Origin: Erysipelotrichaceae bacterium
GTDB lineage: Bacteria > Bacillota_I > Bacilli_A > Erysipelotrichales > Coprobacillaceae
DNA length: 32,000 bases
Assembly (NCBI GenBank): GCA_028698185.1
Contig: JAQVDW010000011.1
Coordinates: 16,575-48,574, forward strand
Direction of reading: 5' to 3'
In this document: positions 15,497 through 23,222 of the stretch, one piece after another
Numbering within the stretch: the first letter of the stretch is position 1
Layout of the letters: the number at the start of each line of letters is the position of its first letter
The notes under the pieces: model-generated
Database searches by the model: none
The model's input: the letters and a program-made list of their open reading frames with translations, nothing else
What the model was told of the DNA's origin: nothing
Program-made: the position numbers and the translations under genes

Positions 15497-16510
15497 ATGA
15501 AACGACCGTATTTGCGCGAATATCTGAAAATCATCAAGTTGATAATAGTGATTTCCATCGTGATTTCCCTTTTTTCGGTGTATCTCGACTTCTTTGTCCT
15601 CCACAATTCGCTGCTGCTGTCCCTGGCCGATGTCACGCTGCTGGTGACACTGGTGATTGTCCATGTGTTCTTTGAGCAGATAATCGACAACTTCCGGGTC
15701 CGCCAGGTGATTGTAGGCGGGTTTCCGCTGATCTACTTCCCGCTGGCCTGGCTGGGCTCTTCGGGCAACAACCAGATCGGGGTGCTTTACTTCTTCCTGT
15801 TTTCCTCGGTTATGATCTTCATCAATCCCACCCGGACCGGGTTTTTGGCGATTTTGATCTTGCTGCTGGAAATGATGGTGCTTATGGGTGGAGGCGGGAT
15901 CCTTTTCAACCGGCCAGATTTTCTTACCGGCGGCTTCGACTGGGTGTACCTGCTGCACCTGGCGATCGTGGGGGTCTCGAACACCTTCATCATCTACAAC
16001 ATCATCGTCAAAAACAATGTCCTGACCGAGACCTTCTACCAGGATTCCAACCGGGATTTTCTCACCGGGGGCTACAACCGGCGTTATCTCAACGAGTACT
16101 TCGCCACAATGAATACCCAATCGCCCGCAAAAGGCGACAATTACCTGTTTTTTTGCGACATTGACGACTTCAAGATAATCAACGACAGCTTTGGCCATGA
16201 CATCGGGGATCGGGTGTTGAGGCTCTTCGCCCAGGAAATCACTTCCCAGATCCGCAGCCATGACATTTTTGGCCGCTATGGCGGTGACGAATTCGTGATC
16301 GTCGTCAACAACCTGCCAAAGGATGACGTGGCCGGATTCAAGGAACGGATTGTCGAAAACTTCGCGAACAAGACCCGGCAGCAGTTCGGTTTCGAAGTCA
16401 GCGTGTCCATCGGCGCCGCCCGGGTCGATGGCAGCCTGGAAACGGCATTGAAACAAGCGGATGGGGCGATGTACCAGAACAAGACCATGAAAAAAACACC
16501 CGGGTTCTAG
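15497..16510 (+). CDS. Membrane-bound diguanylate cyclase (multi-TM N-terminus plus GGDEF domain)
   Basis: Contains DFLTGGYNRRY, DIDDFKIINDSFGHDIGD, an intact GRYGGDEF and an RSHD I-site five residues upstream of it. ATG 15497 follows AAAGGAGGGG. Confidence 0.9.
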   Translation: MKRPYLREYLKIIKLIIVISIVISLFSVYLDFFVLHNSLLLSLADVTLLVTLVIVHVFFEQIIDNFRVRQVIVGGFPLIYFPLAWLGSSGNNQIGVLYFFLFSSVMIFINPTRTGFLAILILLLEMMVLMGGGGILFNRPDFLTGGFDWVYLLHLAIVGVSNTFIIYNIIVKNNVLTETFYQDSNRDFLTGGYNRRYLNEYFATMNTQSPAKGDNYLFFCDIDDFKIINDSFGHDIGDRVLRLFAQEITSQIRSHDIFGRYGGDEFVIVVNNLPKDDVAGFKERIVENFANKTRQQFGFEVSVSIGAARVDGSLETALKQADGAMYQNKTMKKTPGF

Positions 16511-16520
16511 ACTCGGGTGT
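16491..16520. terminator. Hairpin shared by the convergent GGDEF and fetB genes (stronger on the minus strand)
   Basis: ACACCCGGG / CTCGGGTGT stem. An A6 run lies on the plus-strand 5' side, giving a U-run for the minus strand, and TTGTCGTT lies on the 3' side. Confidence 0.65.
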
Positions 16521-16528
16521 TTGTCGTT

Positions 16529-17293
16529 CTAGACAAGCTGGTCGTTGCAATCGAAAAGATAGCGCATGAACACTCCCAGTCCGCCAATGATGGTGAAGTA
16601 GCGGTTGAGGTAGATGGCAATCATGATGGCGATCTGGTACATGATGGCATCGCTAGGCAGGGCGCCACCCAATATCTGGCCGGTCATCATCCCGGGCAGG
16701 GCCACCAGACCCAATGTCGCCATCGAGGCGATGGTCGGCTTGATGGTCAAGGTCAGGGCATTGGAAATATGGGGCTTGCAGGCCTGGAACAAAGTGGCGC
16801 CCAGGGTCAGCTCGTAATTGAGAATCTGCTGGTTGGCCTTGATGCCGTTGTAGAAGGTGTTGAGGCCCACGATATTGCCGTTGAGGACGTTGCCTAAAAG
16901 CATCCCGCCGATGGTGATCACGTAGCGGGCCGGCAGGATCCAGCCAAGGCGCAACAGAATGAAGTTGAAAAAGAAAATCAGGGCCAGATTCGGCACCATC
17001 ACCGTCAAGAAAAGCGGGAAAAACAGCTTCCGGTTTTTGATCTGGATGCCTCTTAGCGTGCTGGAGGTGGCAATCAGCTCCATTACCAGGATATAGGCCA
17101 GGTTCAATAAATTATTGTCCCATTCGAATATGTATTTGAGGTAGATCCCCACCACAAAGAGCTGGACGAACATCCGGATCATCGATTGGACGATCTGGCT
17201 GTTGAGCCGGATTTCCAGAAAGCGGTTGACCATAAGGGTCGGGATCACAAGCAGGCTGAGCAAAAACAGGCCCAGATATGTTATTTGTTCCAT
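16529..17293 (-). CDS. fetB: ABC transporter permease, FetB/YbbM (UPF0014) family
   Basis: 254-aa polytopic protein in FetB-like style (..TIGGMLLGN..TLGAT..PGMMTGQILGG..). ATG 17293 follows AAGGAGGTG and shares one base with the upstream TAA (TAATG). Confidence 0.7.
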   Translation of the reverse strand: MEQITYLGLFLLSLLVIPTLMVNRFLEIRLNSQIVQSMIRMFVQLFVVGIYLKYIFEWDNNLLNLAYILVMELIATSSTLRGIQIKNRKLFFPLFLTVMVPNLALIFFFNFILLRLGWILPARYVITIGGMLLGNVLNGNIVGLNTFYNGIKANQQILNYELTLGATLFQACKPHISNALTLTIKPTIASMATLGLVALPGMMTGQILGGALPSDAIMYQIAIMIAIYLNRYFTIIGGLGVFMRYLFDCNDQLV

Positions 17294-17904
17294 TACCAGC
17301 GCACCTCCTTGAACTTGCCGGTCTTCAAAAAGCAACTGTCATGGGAGACGACGATGACGGTCGCCTGAAGGTTTGCCAAATAGGATGCCGTCTTGTCTTT
17401 TAGCTCCTGGTCGAGGGCCGAGGTTATCTCGTCAAGCAAAAAGATGTCGCGCTTGAGGCTCAAGGCGATCATCAACCCGAGGCGCTGGCGCTGGCCTCCT
17501 GAAAGCTTGCTTGTGTGGAGCTCGAAAAGACTTTCGTCGAATTCGAAGTATTCGAGCAGTTCTTGGTCGATCACACCATTGAAATTGTTGTGGTCGAATC
17601 CGGCAATCCGGTTGAGGACTTCCCTGACAATCCCTTCCTGGATCGTCACATCCTGGTTGACGTAGGCGTAGTTCAGGCGGACCTTTTTCAGGTCGGGATA
17701 GCTCACCGGAGCGCCGTTGAAGTAGTACCCGCCCGAATCGGCTTTCACAAAGCCAAGCAGGATCGACAGCAGGGTCGATTTGCCCCGGCCCGACTTGCCG
17801 GTGATCAATATTTTATCACCGGAGTTGACTTTTAGGTTGAAATGGTCAAAAATTATATTGTCATCAAAACGCAAATTAATATCTTCGAGTCTTATCAAGC
17901 ACAT
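17293..17904 (-). CDS. fetA: ABC transporter ATP-binding protein, FetA/YbbL-like
   Basis: Walker A GKSGRGKST, signature LSGGQRQR and Walker B IFLLDE. The protein is about 200 aa and sits directly upstream of the FetB-like permease. Confidence 0.8.
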   Translation of the reverse strand: MCLIRLEDINLRFDDNIIFDHFNLKVNSGDKILITGKSGRGKSTLLSILLGFVKADSGGYYFNGAPVSYPDLKKVRLNYAYVNQDVTIQEGIVREVLNRIAGFDHNNFNGVIDQELLEYFEFDESLFELHTSKLSGGQRQRLGLMIALSLKRDIFLLDEITSALDQELKDKTASYLANLQATVIVVSHDSCFLKTGKFKEVRW

Positions 17905-17981
17905 ATCGATACCTCACTTGTTTTAAGTTTACCATTGTCTTAAAAAACATACAAGCATCTGTAATGAAAGGTGGAATCCAG

Positions 17982-18719
17982 ATGAAAAGAGTTGCGGCAT
18001 TTTTCGACATCGACGGCACGATCTATCGCGAGGGGCTGATCACCGAACTTTTCAAGAAGCTTATCAAGCATGAACTTGTCGATGAGTCGGTCTGGTATGA
18101 CGGCGTCCGCCAGGTTTTCATGAAATACGACCGGCGCCAGGGTGACTATGACAGCTATCTCGATGCCATGGTCGATTCCTACACCCGCTCGATTCTCGGG
18201 GTCAACCGGATATTGATCGACCATATCGCCACCAAGGTTATCGAACAGAAGGGTGACCGGGTCTATGTCTTTTCCCGTGACCAGATCAGGTACCACAAGG
18301 CGCAAAACAACCTGCTGCTGGCCATCTCCGGTTCGCCGATCGAGCTGGTCGAGAAGATGGCCCGCAAATACGAGTTTGACGATTACCGGGGCACCATCTA
18401 TGTGACCGACGATTCCAACTGCTACACCGACCAGATCATCCCGATGTGGGACAGCGTCTCCAAGTCCAATGCCATCAAGAAGCTGGTAAAAAAGTACGGC
18501 ATCGACCTCGAGCAGTCGTATGCGTACGGGGACACGGTGGGCGACTTCACAATGTTCAAGATGGTGGGCCATCCCTACGCCATCAATCCGACCAAGGCGT
18601 TGCTCAAGATGATCTACGAGGATGAACAGGTGGCCAAAAAGATCAAGGTCATTGTCGAACGCAAGAACGTGATCTATGAAATAAAGATGTCCGATGTCAA
18701 ATTTCTTGACCTCGAGTAG
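17982..18719 (+). CDS. HAD-IB family hydrolase
   Basis: DxDGT motif (FFDIDGTIY), a later SGSP motif and AYGDTVGD. ATG 17982 follows AAAGGTGGA. Confidence 0.7.
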   Translation: MKRVAAFFDIDGTIYREGLITELFKKLIKHELVDESVWYDGVRQVFMKYDRRQGDYDSYLDAMVDSYTRSILGVNRILIDHIATKVIEQKGDRVYVFSRDQIRYHKAQNNLLLAISGSPIELVEKMARKYEFDDYRGTIYVTDDSNCYTDQIIPMWDSVSKSNAIKKLVKKYGIDLEQSYAYGDTVGDFTMFKMVGHPYAINPTKALLKMIYEDEQVAKKIKVIVERKNVIYEIKMSDVKFLDLE

Positions 18720-18720
18720 C

Positions 18721-18740
18721 CAGGGGCAACCCTGGTTTTC
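18721..18740 (+). terminator. Intrinsic terminator after the HAD gene
   Basis: CCAGGG-GCAA-CCCTGG followed by TTTTCTTGTTT. Confidence 0.7.
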
Positions 18741-18779
18741 TTGTTTATCTGACCGGATTTACGAACATCCTAAAAAAGC

Positions 18780-18808
18780 TTTACAAATTTGTCGTAATAA
18801 TATATTAT
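18780..18808 (+). promoter_or_regulatory. Sigma-A-like promoter for the NSS transporter
   Basis: TTTACA, then 17 nt, then TATTAT. Confidence 0.55.
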
Positions 18809-18836
18809 CGTAATGTTTTTCAAAGGAGAGCATACA

Positions 18837-20186
18837 ATGGAAAAAAATAAATTCAGCAGCCGGATAGGTTTTGTAATGGCCGTGGCCGGCAGCGCGGTGG
18901 GATTGGGAAATATCTGGCGTTTTCCCTATCTTGCGGCGAAATACGGGGGCGGGACGTTTTTGATCGTCTATATCGCCCTCGCCTTGACAATCGGGTTCAC
19001 CCTGCTTGTCTCGGAGACGGCAATCGGCCGGATGACGGGTGCCCCAAGCCCGATCAAGGCCTACCGCCAGCTTAAAGCCGGCAAGCTGCGCTTTGGCGGT
19101 TACATCAACGCCCTTGTTCCCATCCTGATTTTGCCTTATTACAGCGCAATCGGCGGATGGGTACTGAAGTACTTCTACGAGTACCTTACCGGCAACTCCC
19201 AGGCTCTGGTTGCCCCCGATTACTTTGGCAGCTTCATTTCAAATCCCCTGCAGCCAGTCATCTTCCTGATGGCTTTTACCGGAATCTGCTACGCGATCAT
19301 CACCCAGGGAGTCAAGGACGGCATCGAGAAGATGTCGCTGATATTGATGCCCGTGCTGATCGTCCTGGCGGTTTTCATCTCTGGTTACACCCTGACGACT
19401 CCAGGCGCGATGGAAGGGGTCAAATACTACCTTTCGATCAAACCGGAATATTTCAACATCTCGACCGTGGTTGCGGCTTTGGGACAGATCTTCTATTCCC
19501 TTTCGATCGGGATGGGAATATTGATCACTTTTGGTTCCTATATGGACAAGAAGGATGACCTGGAATCTTCGATCGGGCAGATTGAGATCATGGACACCCT
19601 TATCGCCTTTCTGGCGGGGATGATGATCATCCCGGCGGTCTTCGCCTTTTCCAATGGAGCCAACGTGGCGGCTGGTCCGTCATTGATGTTCATCACCCTG
19701 CCGCAGGTCTTCGCATCGATGGCCTTTGGCAATATCGTCGGCCTGGTCTTCTTCTTGCTCGTGTTCTTTGCGGCTTTGACTTCGGCGGTTTCCCTGTACG
19801 AGGCCAATGTCGCCATCGTCGAGGAAGTGTTCCAGATCGGCCGCAAAAAGGCGAACCATATGTTGTTTGTCTGGACATTTGGCATCGGGATGCTGGTCGC
19901 TTTGGGATTCAACGTGCTTTCGTTTGTCCAGGTGGCGGGAATGTCGATTCTCGACATGCTTGACTTTGTGACCAACTCGATTTTCATGCCAATTGGAGCC
20001 CTGTGCACCGTATTGCTTATCGTCTTTGTGGTCAAGACCGACAAGATCGTCGCGGAAGTCAAGGTTTCATCAAAATTCATCCGCGAGAAAGTCTACCGCT
20101 TCTTGGTGAAGTACATCGCCGCCCCGGCTTTGATCGTCATCCTGGTAAGCTTCATCCTGGCCTCGCTCAAGATCATCTCGATCTGA
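18837..20186 (+). CDS. Sodium-dependent transporter, neurotransmitter:sodium symporter (NSS/SNF) family
   Basis: The N-terminal GFVMAVAGSAVGLGNIWRFPYLAAKYGGGTFLI is the NSS signature. About 12 TM segments. ATG 18837 follows AAAGGAGAG. Confidence 0.9.
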   Translation: MEKNKFSSRIGFVMAVAGSAVGLGNIWRFPYLAAKYGGGTFLIVYIALALTIGFTLLVSETAIGRMTGAPSPIKAYRQLKAGKLRFGGYINALVPILILPYYSAIGGWVLKYFYEYLTGNSQALVAPDYFGSFISNPLQPVIFLMAFTGICYAIITQGVKDGIEKMSLILMPVLIVLAVFISGYTLTTPGAMEGVKYYLSIKPEYFNISTVVAALGQIFYSLSIGMGILITFGSYMDKKDDLESSIGQIEIMDTLIAFLAGMMIIPAVFAFSNGANVAAGPSLMFITLPQVFASMAFGNIVGLVFFLLVFFAALTSAVSLYEANVAIVEEVFQIGRKKANHMLFVWTFGIGMLVALGFNVLSFVQVAGMSILDMLDFVTNSIFMPIGALCTVLLIVFVVKTDKIVAEVKVSSKFIREKVYRFLVKYIAAPALIVILVSFILASLKIISI

Positions 20187-20225
20187 TTTGCCATCCATTT
20201 CCCCGATGGGGGCGCTATGAATATG

Positions 20226-20259
20226 AAAAATGCCTTTGCATCATGCAAAGGCATTTTTT
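20226..20259. terminator. Bidirectional terminator between the NSS gene and the ArsR-family gene
   Basis: AAAA-ATGCCTTTGCAT-C-ATGCAAAGGCAT-TTTTT, a 12-bp stem. Confidence 0.85.
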
Positions 20260-20552
20260 CATATCAGATCGATGTCGCAGTAATTGGCTTTGAGGGTCTT
20301 GATCAGGGTTTCGACCCGTTCGTCCTTGATTTTATAGAAGATCGTGTTTCCCTGCTTCTCGCTATCCACAATGCCGTGGGCCTTGAGGGTTGCAAGATGC
20401 TGCGAGATGGCGGGCTGGGAAAGGTGGGAAAGCTTGACGTGGAGCTGGGTCACGTTCATGCTTTGCTGGATCAGGTAGCAGACAATCAGGAGGCGGTTTT
20501 CATTGGCAAGGACCTTCAAAATCCCGGCGACTTCTTTTGCTTGTGAAATCAT
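20259..20552 (-). CDS. ArsR/SmtB-family regulator, two-Cys BigR/SqrR/YgaV-like (putative persulfide sensor)
   Basis: 97 aa. Winged HTH (VTQLHVKLSHLSQPAISQHLATLKAHGIV). Cys25 lies in NRLLIVCYL and Cys92 in KANYCD near the C-terminus. ATG 20552 follows AAGGAGAAAGATA. Confidence 0.8.
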   Translation of the reverse strand: MISQAKEVAGILKVLANENRLLIVCYLIQQSMNVTQLHVKLSHLSQPAISQHLATLKAHGIVDSEKQGNTIFYKIKDERVETLIKTLKANYCDIDLI

Positions 20553-20563
20553 TATCTTTCTCC

Positions 20564-20592
20564 TTGACAAAATATTATAAGTATATTAGTAT
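20564..20592 (+). promoter_or_regulatory. Candidate promoter of the CoADR-fusion gene
   Basis: TTGACA, then 17 nt, then TAGTAT. The -10 lies in the centre of the inverted repeat at 20575..20602. Confidence 0.45.
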
Positions 20593-20602
20593 ATGCTTAT
20601 AA
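20575..20602. repeat. Inverted repeat TTATAAG-N14-CTTATAA (candidate operator) in the divergent arsR-like / CoADR-fusion intergenic region
   Basis: Arms at 20575..20581 and 20596..20602 are exact reverse complements. They also coincide with TATAAT/TTATAA hexamers of a possible minus-strand promoter. Confidence 0.5.
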
Positions 20603-20652
20603 ACTAAATATATATTTCACAAAAGGAAATGTCAATAGTTATGGAGGACTTT

Positions 20653-23121
20653 ATGAAAAAAACTTTAATTGTCGGCGGAGTTGCCGGTGGCGCTTCGGTA
20701 GCGGCACGTCTGCGTCGGGTTGATGAGAGTGCAAACATCATCATGTTTGAAAAAGGCGAATATATCTCATTTGCCAACTGCGGTTTGCCTTATTATATCG
20801 GAGGGACCATCCAGGAGCGGGGCAAACTGCTTGTCCAGACCGTGGAGGACATGTCGGAAAAATTCAATCTCGACATCCGCATCCTTAGCGAAGTGGTGAG
20901 GATCGACCGCGAAGCCAAGACGGTCACTGTGCGCAAAACGGATACGGGCGAAGAGTATGAAGAGTCATACGACAACCTGGTGCTTTCACCAGGGGCCTCA
21001 CCGCTTAAACCGAATATTCCAGGAATCAACCAGTGCACGAACCTGTTCACTTTGCGCAACATTCCCGATACCGACACCATCAAGTCGTATGTGGGCATCC
21101 ATGATGTCAAAAAAGCGGTTGTCATCGGCGGGGGCTTCATCGGTCTGGAAATGACCGAGAACCTGGTCGATCTGGGAATCGATGTGACCCTGGTCGAGAT
21201 GTCGAACCAGGTCATGGCGCCAATCGATATCGAAATGGCGGCCCAGGTCCACGACCATCTCCAGGAACACGGGGTCAACCTGGTCCTTGAAGACGGTGTG
21301 GCAAGCTTCGCCGATGAAGGAAGACAGGTCATCTTGAATTCCGGACTGGCCCTGCAGAGCGATCTGGTCATCCTGGCCATCGGGGTCGCTCCCGAGACAA
21401 GATTCGCCGCAGCTGCCGGTCTCAAGGTCAACGCCCGCGGGGCATTGATTGTCGATGAGTATATGCGCACCAACGACGAATCGATCTACGCTTTGGGTGA
21501 TGCCGTGGCAATCAAGGATTTCGTCAATCAGGAAGAGACGATGATTCCGCTGGCCTGGCCGGCCAACCGCCAGGGCCATATCGTTGCCGACAATATCGCC
21601 GGAATCAAGGCTAGATACAATGGAACCCTGGGTTCTTCGGTTGCCAAGGTGTTCGATCTGACCGTGGCGTCGACGGGAAACAATGAGAAGGTGCTAAAAG
21701 CCAAAGGCATCGAATACCAGGTGCTTCATATCCATCCCGGTTCGCATGCGAGCTACTACCCGGGAGCCTTCCCGATCCATCTCAAGTTGATCTTTGGCAA
21801 CAATGGTGAGCTTTATGGGGCCCAGGCCGTGGGAATGGACGGTGTCGAAAAACGGATCGATGTCATCGCGACAGCGATCAAAGGAAAACTGTCGGTTTAC
21901 GACCTTCCCGATCTTGAACTGTGTTACGCGCCACCTTATTCATCGGCCAAGGATCCGGTCAATATGGCGGGCTATGACGCGAGCAACATGCTTGATGGTC
22001 TGGTGAAGACGATCCAATGGCATGAGATCGACGATGTTGCCAGCCAGGGCGGTTTCATCCTCGACGTCCGCGAAGACTTCGAGCTCGCGACGGGATATAT
22101 TGAAAATTCCGTGAACATTCCCTTAGGACAGATCCGCGCCAATCTCGACAAGCTGCCCAAAGACAAGACCATCTATGTCTACTGCCAGGTGGGCCAACGC
22201 GGTTACGTTGCCGCTAGGATGCTAAGCCAGTCAGGCTTTGAAGTGGTCAACCTTGACGGGGGCTACAAAACTTATAAGAATGTGAAATTCTGCCGCGTTG
22301 ACAAGGAACCGGTAATCATCGACCAGGAGGCCAAAGAAGTGCATGAAACAAAAGCCAATTTAGATATGACCGATGTCAAGGTGACAATCGACGCCTGCGG
22401 GCTGCAATGTCCAGGACCGATCCGGCGCGTCTTCGAAGAGATGCAAAAGCTCGAAAACGGACAGATCATGGAAGTCAAAGCGACCGATCCGGGATTCAAC
22501 AAGGATATCGTATCTTGGTGCAAGAACACCAAAAACACAATCCTTTCCAAAGAAACCGACCCGAAAACAAAAGTGACCACCGTCAAGATTGTCAAGGGAA
22601 TGTATGGTGATTCAATGGTAACTGGTGCCCCTGCCAAATTGGTTGAAGGCAAGAACGGTTCGACCATGGTTGTCTTCTCGGGTGATCTCGACAAGGCTAT
22701 CGCCTCATTCATCATTGCGACCGGAGCGGCTTCTATGGGTAAAGAGGTGACAATGTTCTTCACCTTCTGGGGCCTCAATGTCATCAAGAAAAGAAACAAA
22801 CCACGCGTGAAGAAGGATATCGTTTCAAAAATGTTCGACTTCATGCTCCCTGACCATGCCGGAAAACTGCCGCTTTCACAGATGCAGATGTTTGGCATGG
22901 GACCGGCGATGATCAAATACATCATGAAAAAGAAAAATGTCGACACCCTCGAACAGCTGATGGAGAATGCCATGAAACTCAATGTCAAATTCGTGGCCTG
23001 CGCCATGTCCTTGGATCTGATGGGCATCAAGGAAGAAGAGTTGCTTGATGGGGTGGAAGTGGCCGGAGTCGCTTCATACCTGGCAGCTGCCGACGAATCG
23101 AATATCGACCTCTTCATCTAA
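20653..23121 (+). CDS. Four-domain fusion: CoA-disulfide/persulfide reductase (FAD/NAD), rhodanese, TusA/SirA-like, DsrE/DrsE-like
   Basis: N-terminal VGGVAGGAS plus redox Cys in SFANCGLPYY (CoADR family). Rhodanese active-site loop YCQVGQRG. TusA motif DACGLQCPGP. The C-terminal roughly 160 aa (MVVFSGDLDKAIASFIIATGAA...FVACAMS) look DsrE/DrsE_2-like. ATG 20653 follows GGAGGA. Confidence 0.85.
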   Translation: MKKTLIVGGVAGGASVAARLRRVDESANIIMFEKGEYISFANCGLPYYIGGTIQERGKLLVQTVEDMSEKFNLDIRILSEVVRIDREAKTVTVRKTDTGEEYEESYDNLVLSPGASPLKPNIPGINQCTNLFTLRNIPDTDTIKSYVGIHDVKKAVVIGGGFIGLEMTENLVDLGIDVTLVEMSNQVMAPIDIEMAAQVHDHLQEHGVNLVLEDGVASFADEGRQVILNSGLALQSDLVILAIGVAPETRFAAAAGLKVNARGALIVDEYMRTNDESIYALGDAVAIKDFVNQEETMIPLAWPANRQGHIVADNIAGIKARYNGTLGSSVAKVFDLTVASTGNNEKVLKAKGIEYQVLHIHPGSHASYYPGAFPIHLKLIFGNNGELYGAQAVGMDGVEKRIDVIATAIKGKLSVYDLPDLELCYAPPYSSAKDPVNMAGYDASNMLDGLVKTIQWHEIDDVASQGGFILDVREDFELATGYIENSVNIPLGQIRANLDKLPKDKTIYVYCQVGQRGYVAARMLSQSGFEVVNLDGGYKTYKNVKFCRVDKEPVIIDQEAKEVHETKANLDMTDVKVTIDACGLQCPGPIRRVFEEMQKLENGQIMEVKATDPGFNKDIVSWCKNTKNTILSKETDPKTKVTTVKIVKGMYGDSMVTGAPAKLVEGKNGSTMVVFSGDLDKAIASFIIATGAASMGKEVTMFFTFWGLNVIKKRNKPRVKKDIVSKMFDFMLPDHAGKLPLSQMQMFGMGPAMIKYIMKKKNVDTLEQLMENAMKLNVKFVACAMSLDLMGIKEEELLDGVEVAGVASYLAAADESNIDLFI

Positions 23122-23125
23122 CAAG

Positions 23126-23146
23126 GAGCCTGCGGGCTCTTTTTTT
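23126..23146 (+). terminator. Intrinsic terminator after the CoADR-fusion gene
   Basis: GAGCC-TGCG-GGCTC followed by TTTTTTT. Confidence 0.75.
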
Positions 23147-23168
23147 GCGGTGCCATGCCGATTTGTCC

Positions 23169-23197
23169 TTGAAGAAACAAATTGTCACCTGTATAAT
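23169..23197 (+). promoter_or_regulatory. Sigma-A-like promoter for the hydrogenase gene
   Basis: TTGAAG, then 17 nt, then TATAAT. Confidence 0.6.
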
Positions 23198-23209
23198 TAG
23201 ATGTGACAA
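23182..23209. repeat. Inverted repeat TTGTCAC-N14-GTGACAA bracketing the hydrogenase -10 box (candidate operator)
   Basis: Arms at 23182..23188 and 23203..23209 are exact reverse complements. TATAAT (23192..23197) lies between them. Confidence 0.5.
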
Positions 23210-23222
23210 GGGAGGAATTCAC

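Noticed and set aside
15467-16456. Long antisense ORFs: 15467..16456(-), 28664..29845(-), 30097..31509(-), 8964..9923(-), 20793..21473(-), 22272..23117(-), 25314..26060(-), 17940..18572(-), 9884..10393(-).
   Set aside because: Each lies opposite a gene with strong family motifs. Their products are low-complexity (rich in R, G, P, D or S) with no recognisable motif or SD. This is typical of stop-poor antisense frames in genes with RNY codon bias.
23182-23209. Reading the hydrogenase-promoter dyad as a Rex or CRP/FNR box.
   Set aside because: Both consensus types I recall have half-sites separated by about 4-6 nt, whereas this spacer is 14 nt. The dyad is kept as an unassigned operator candidate only.
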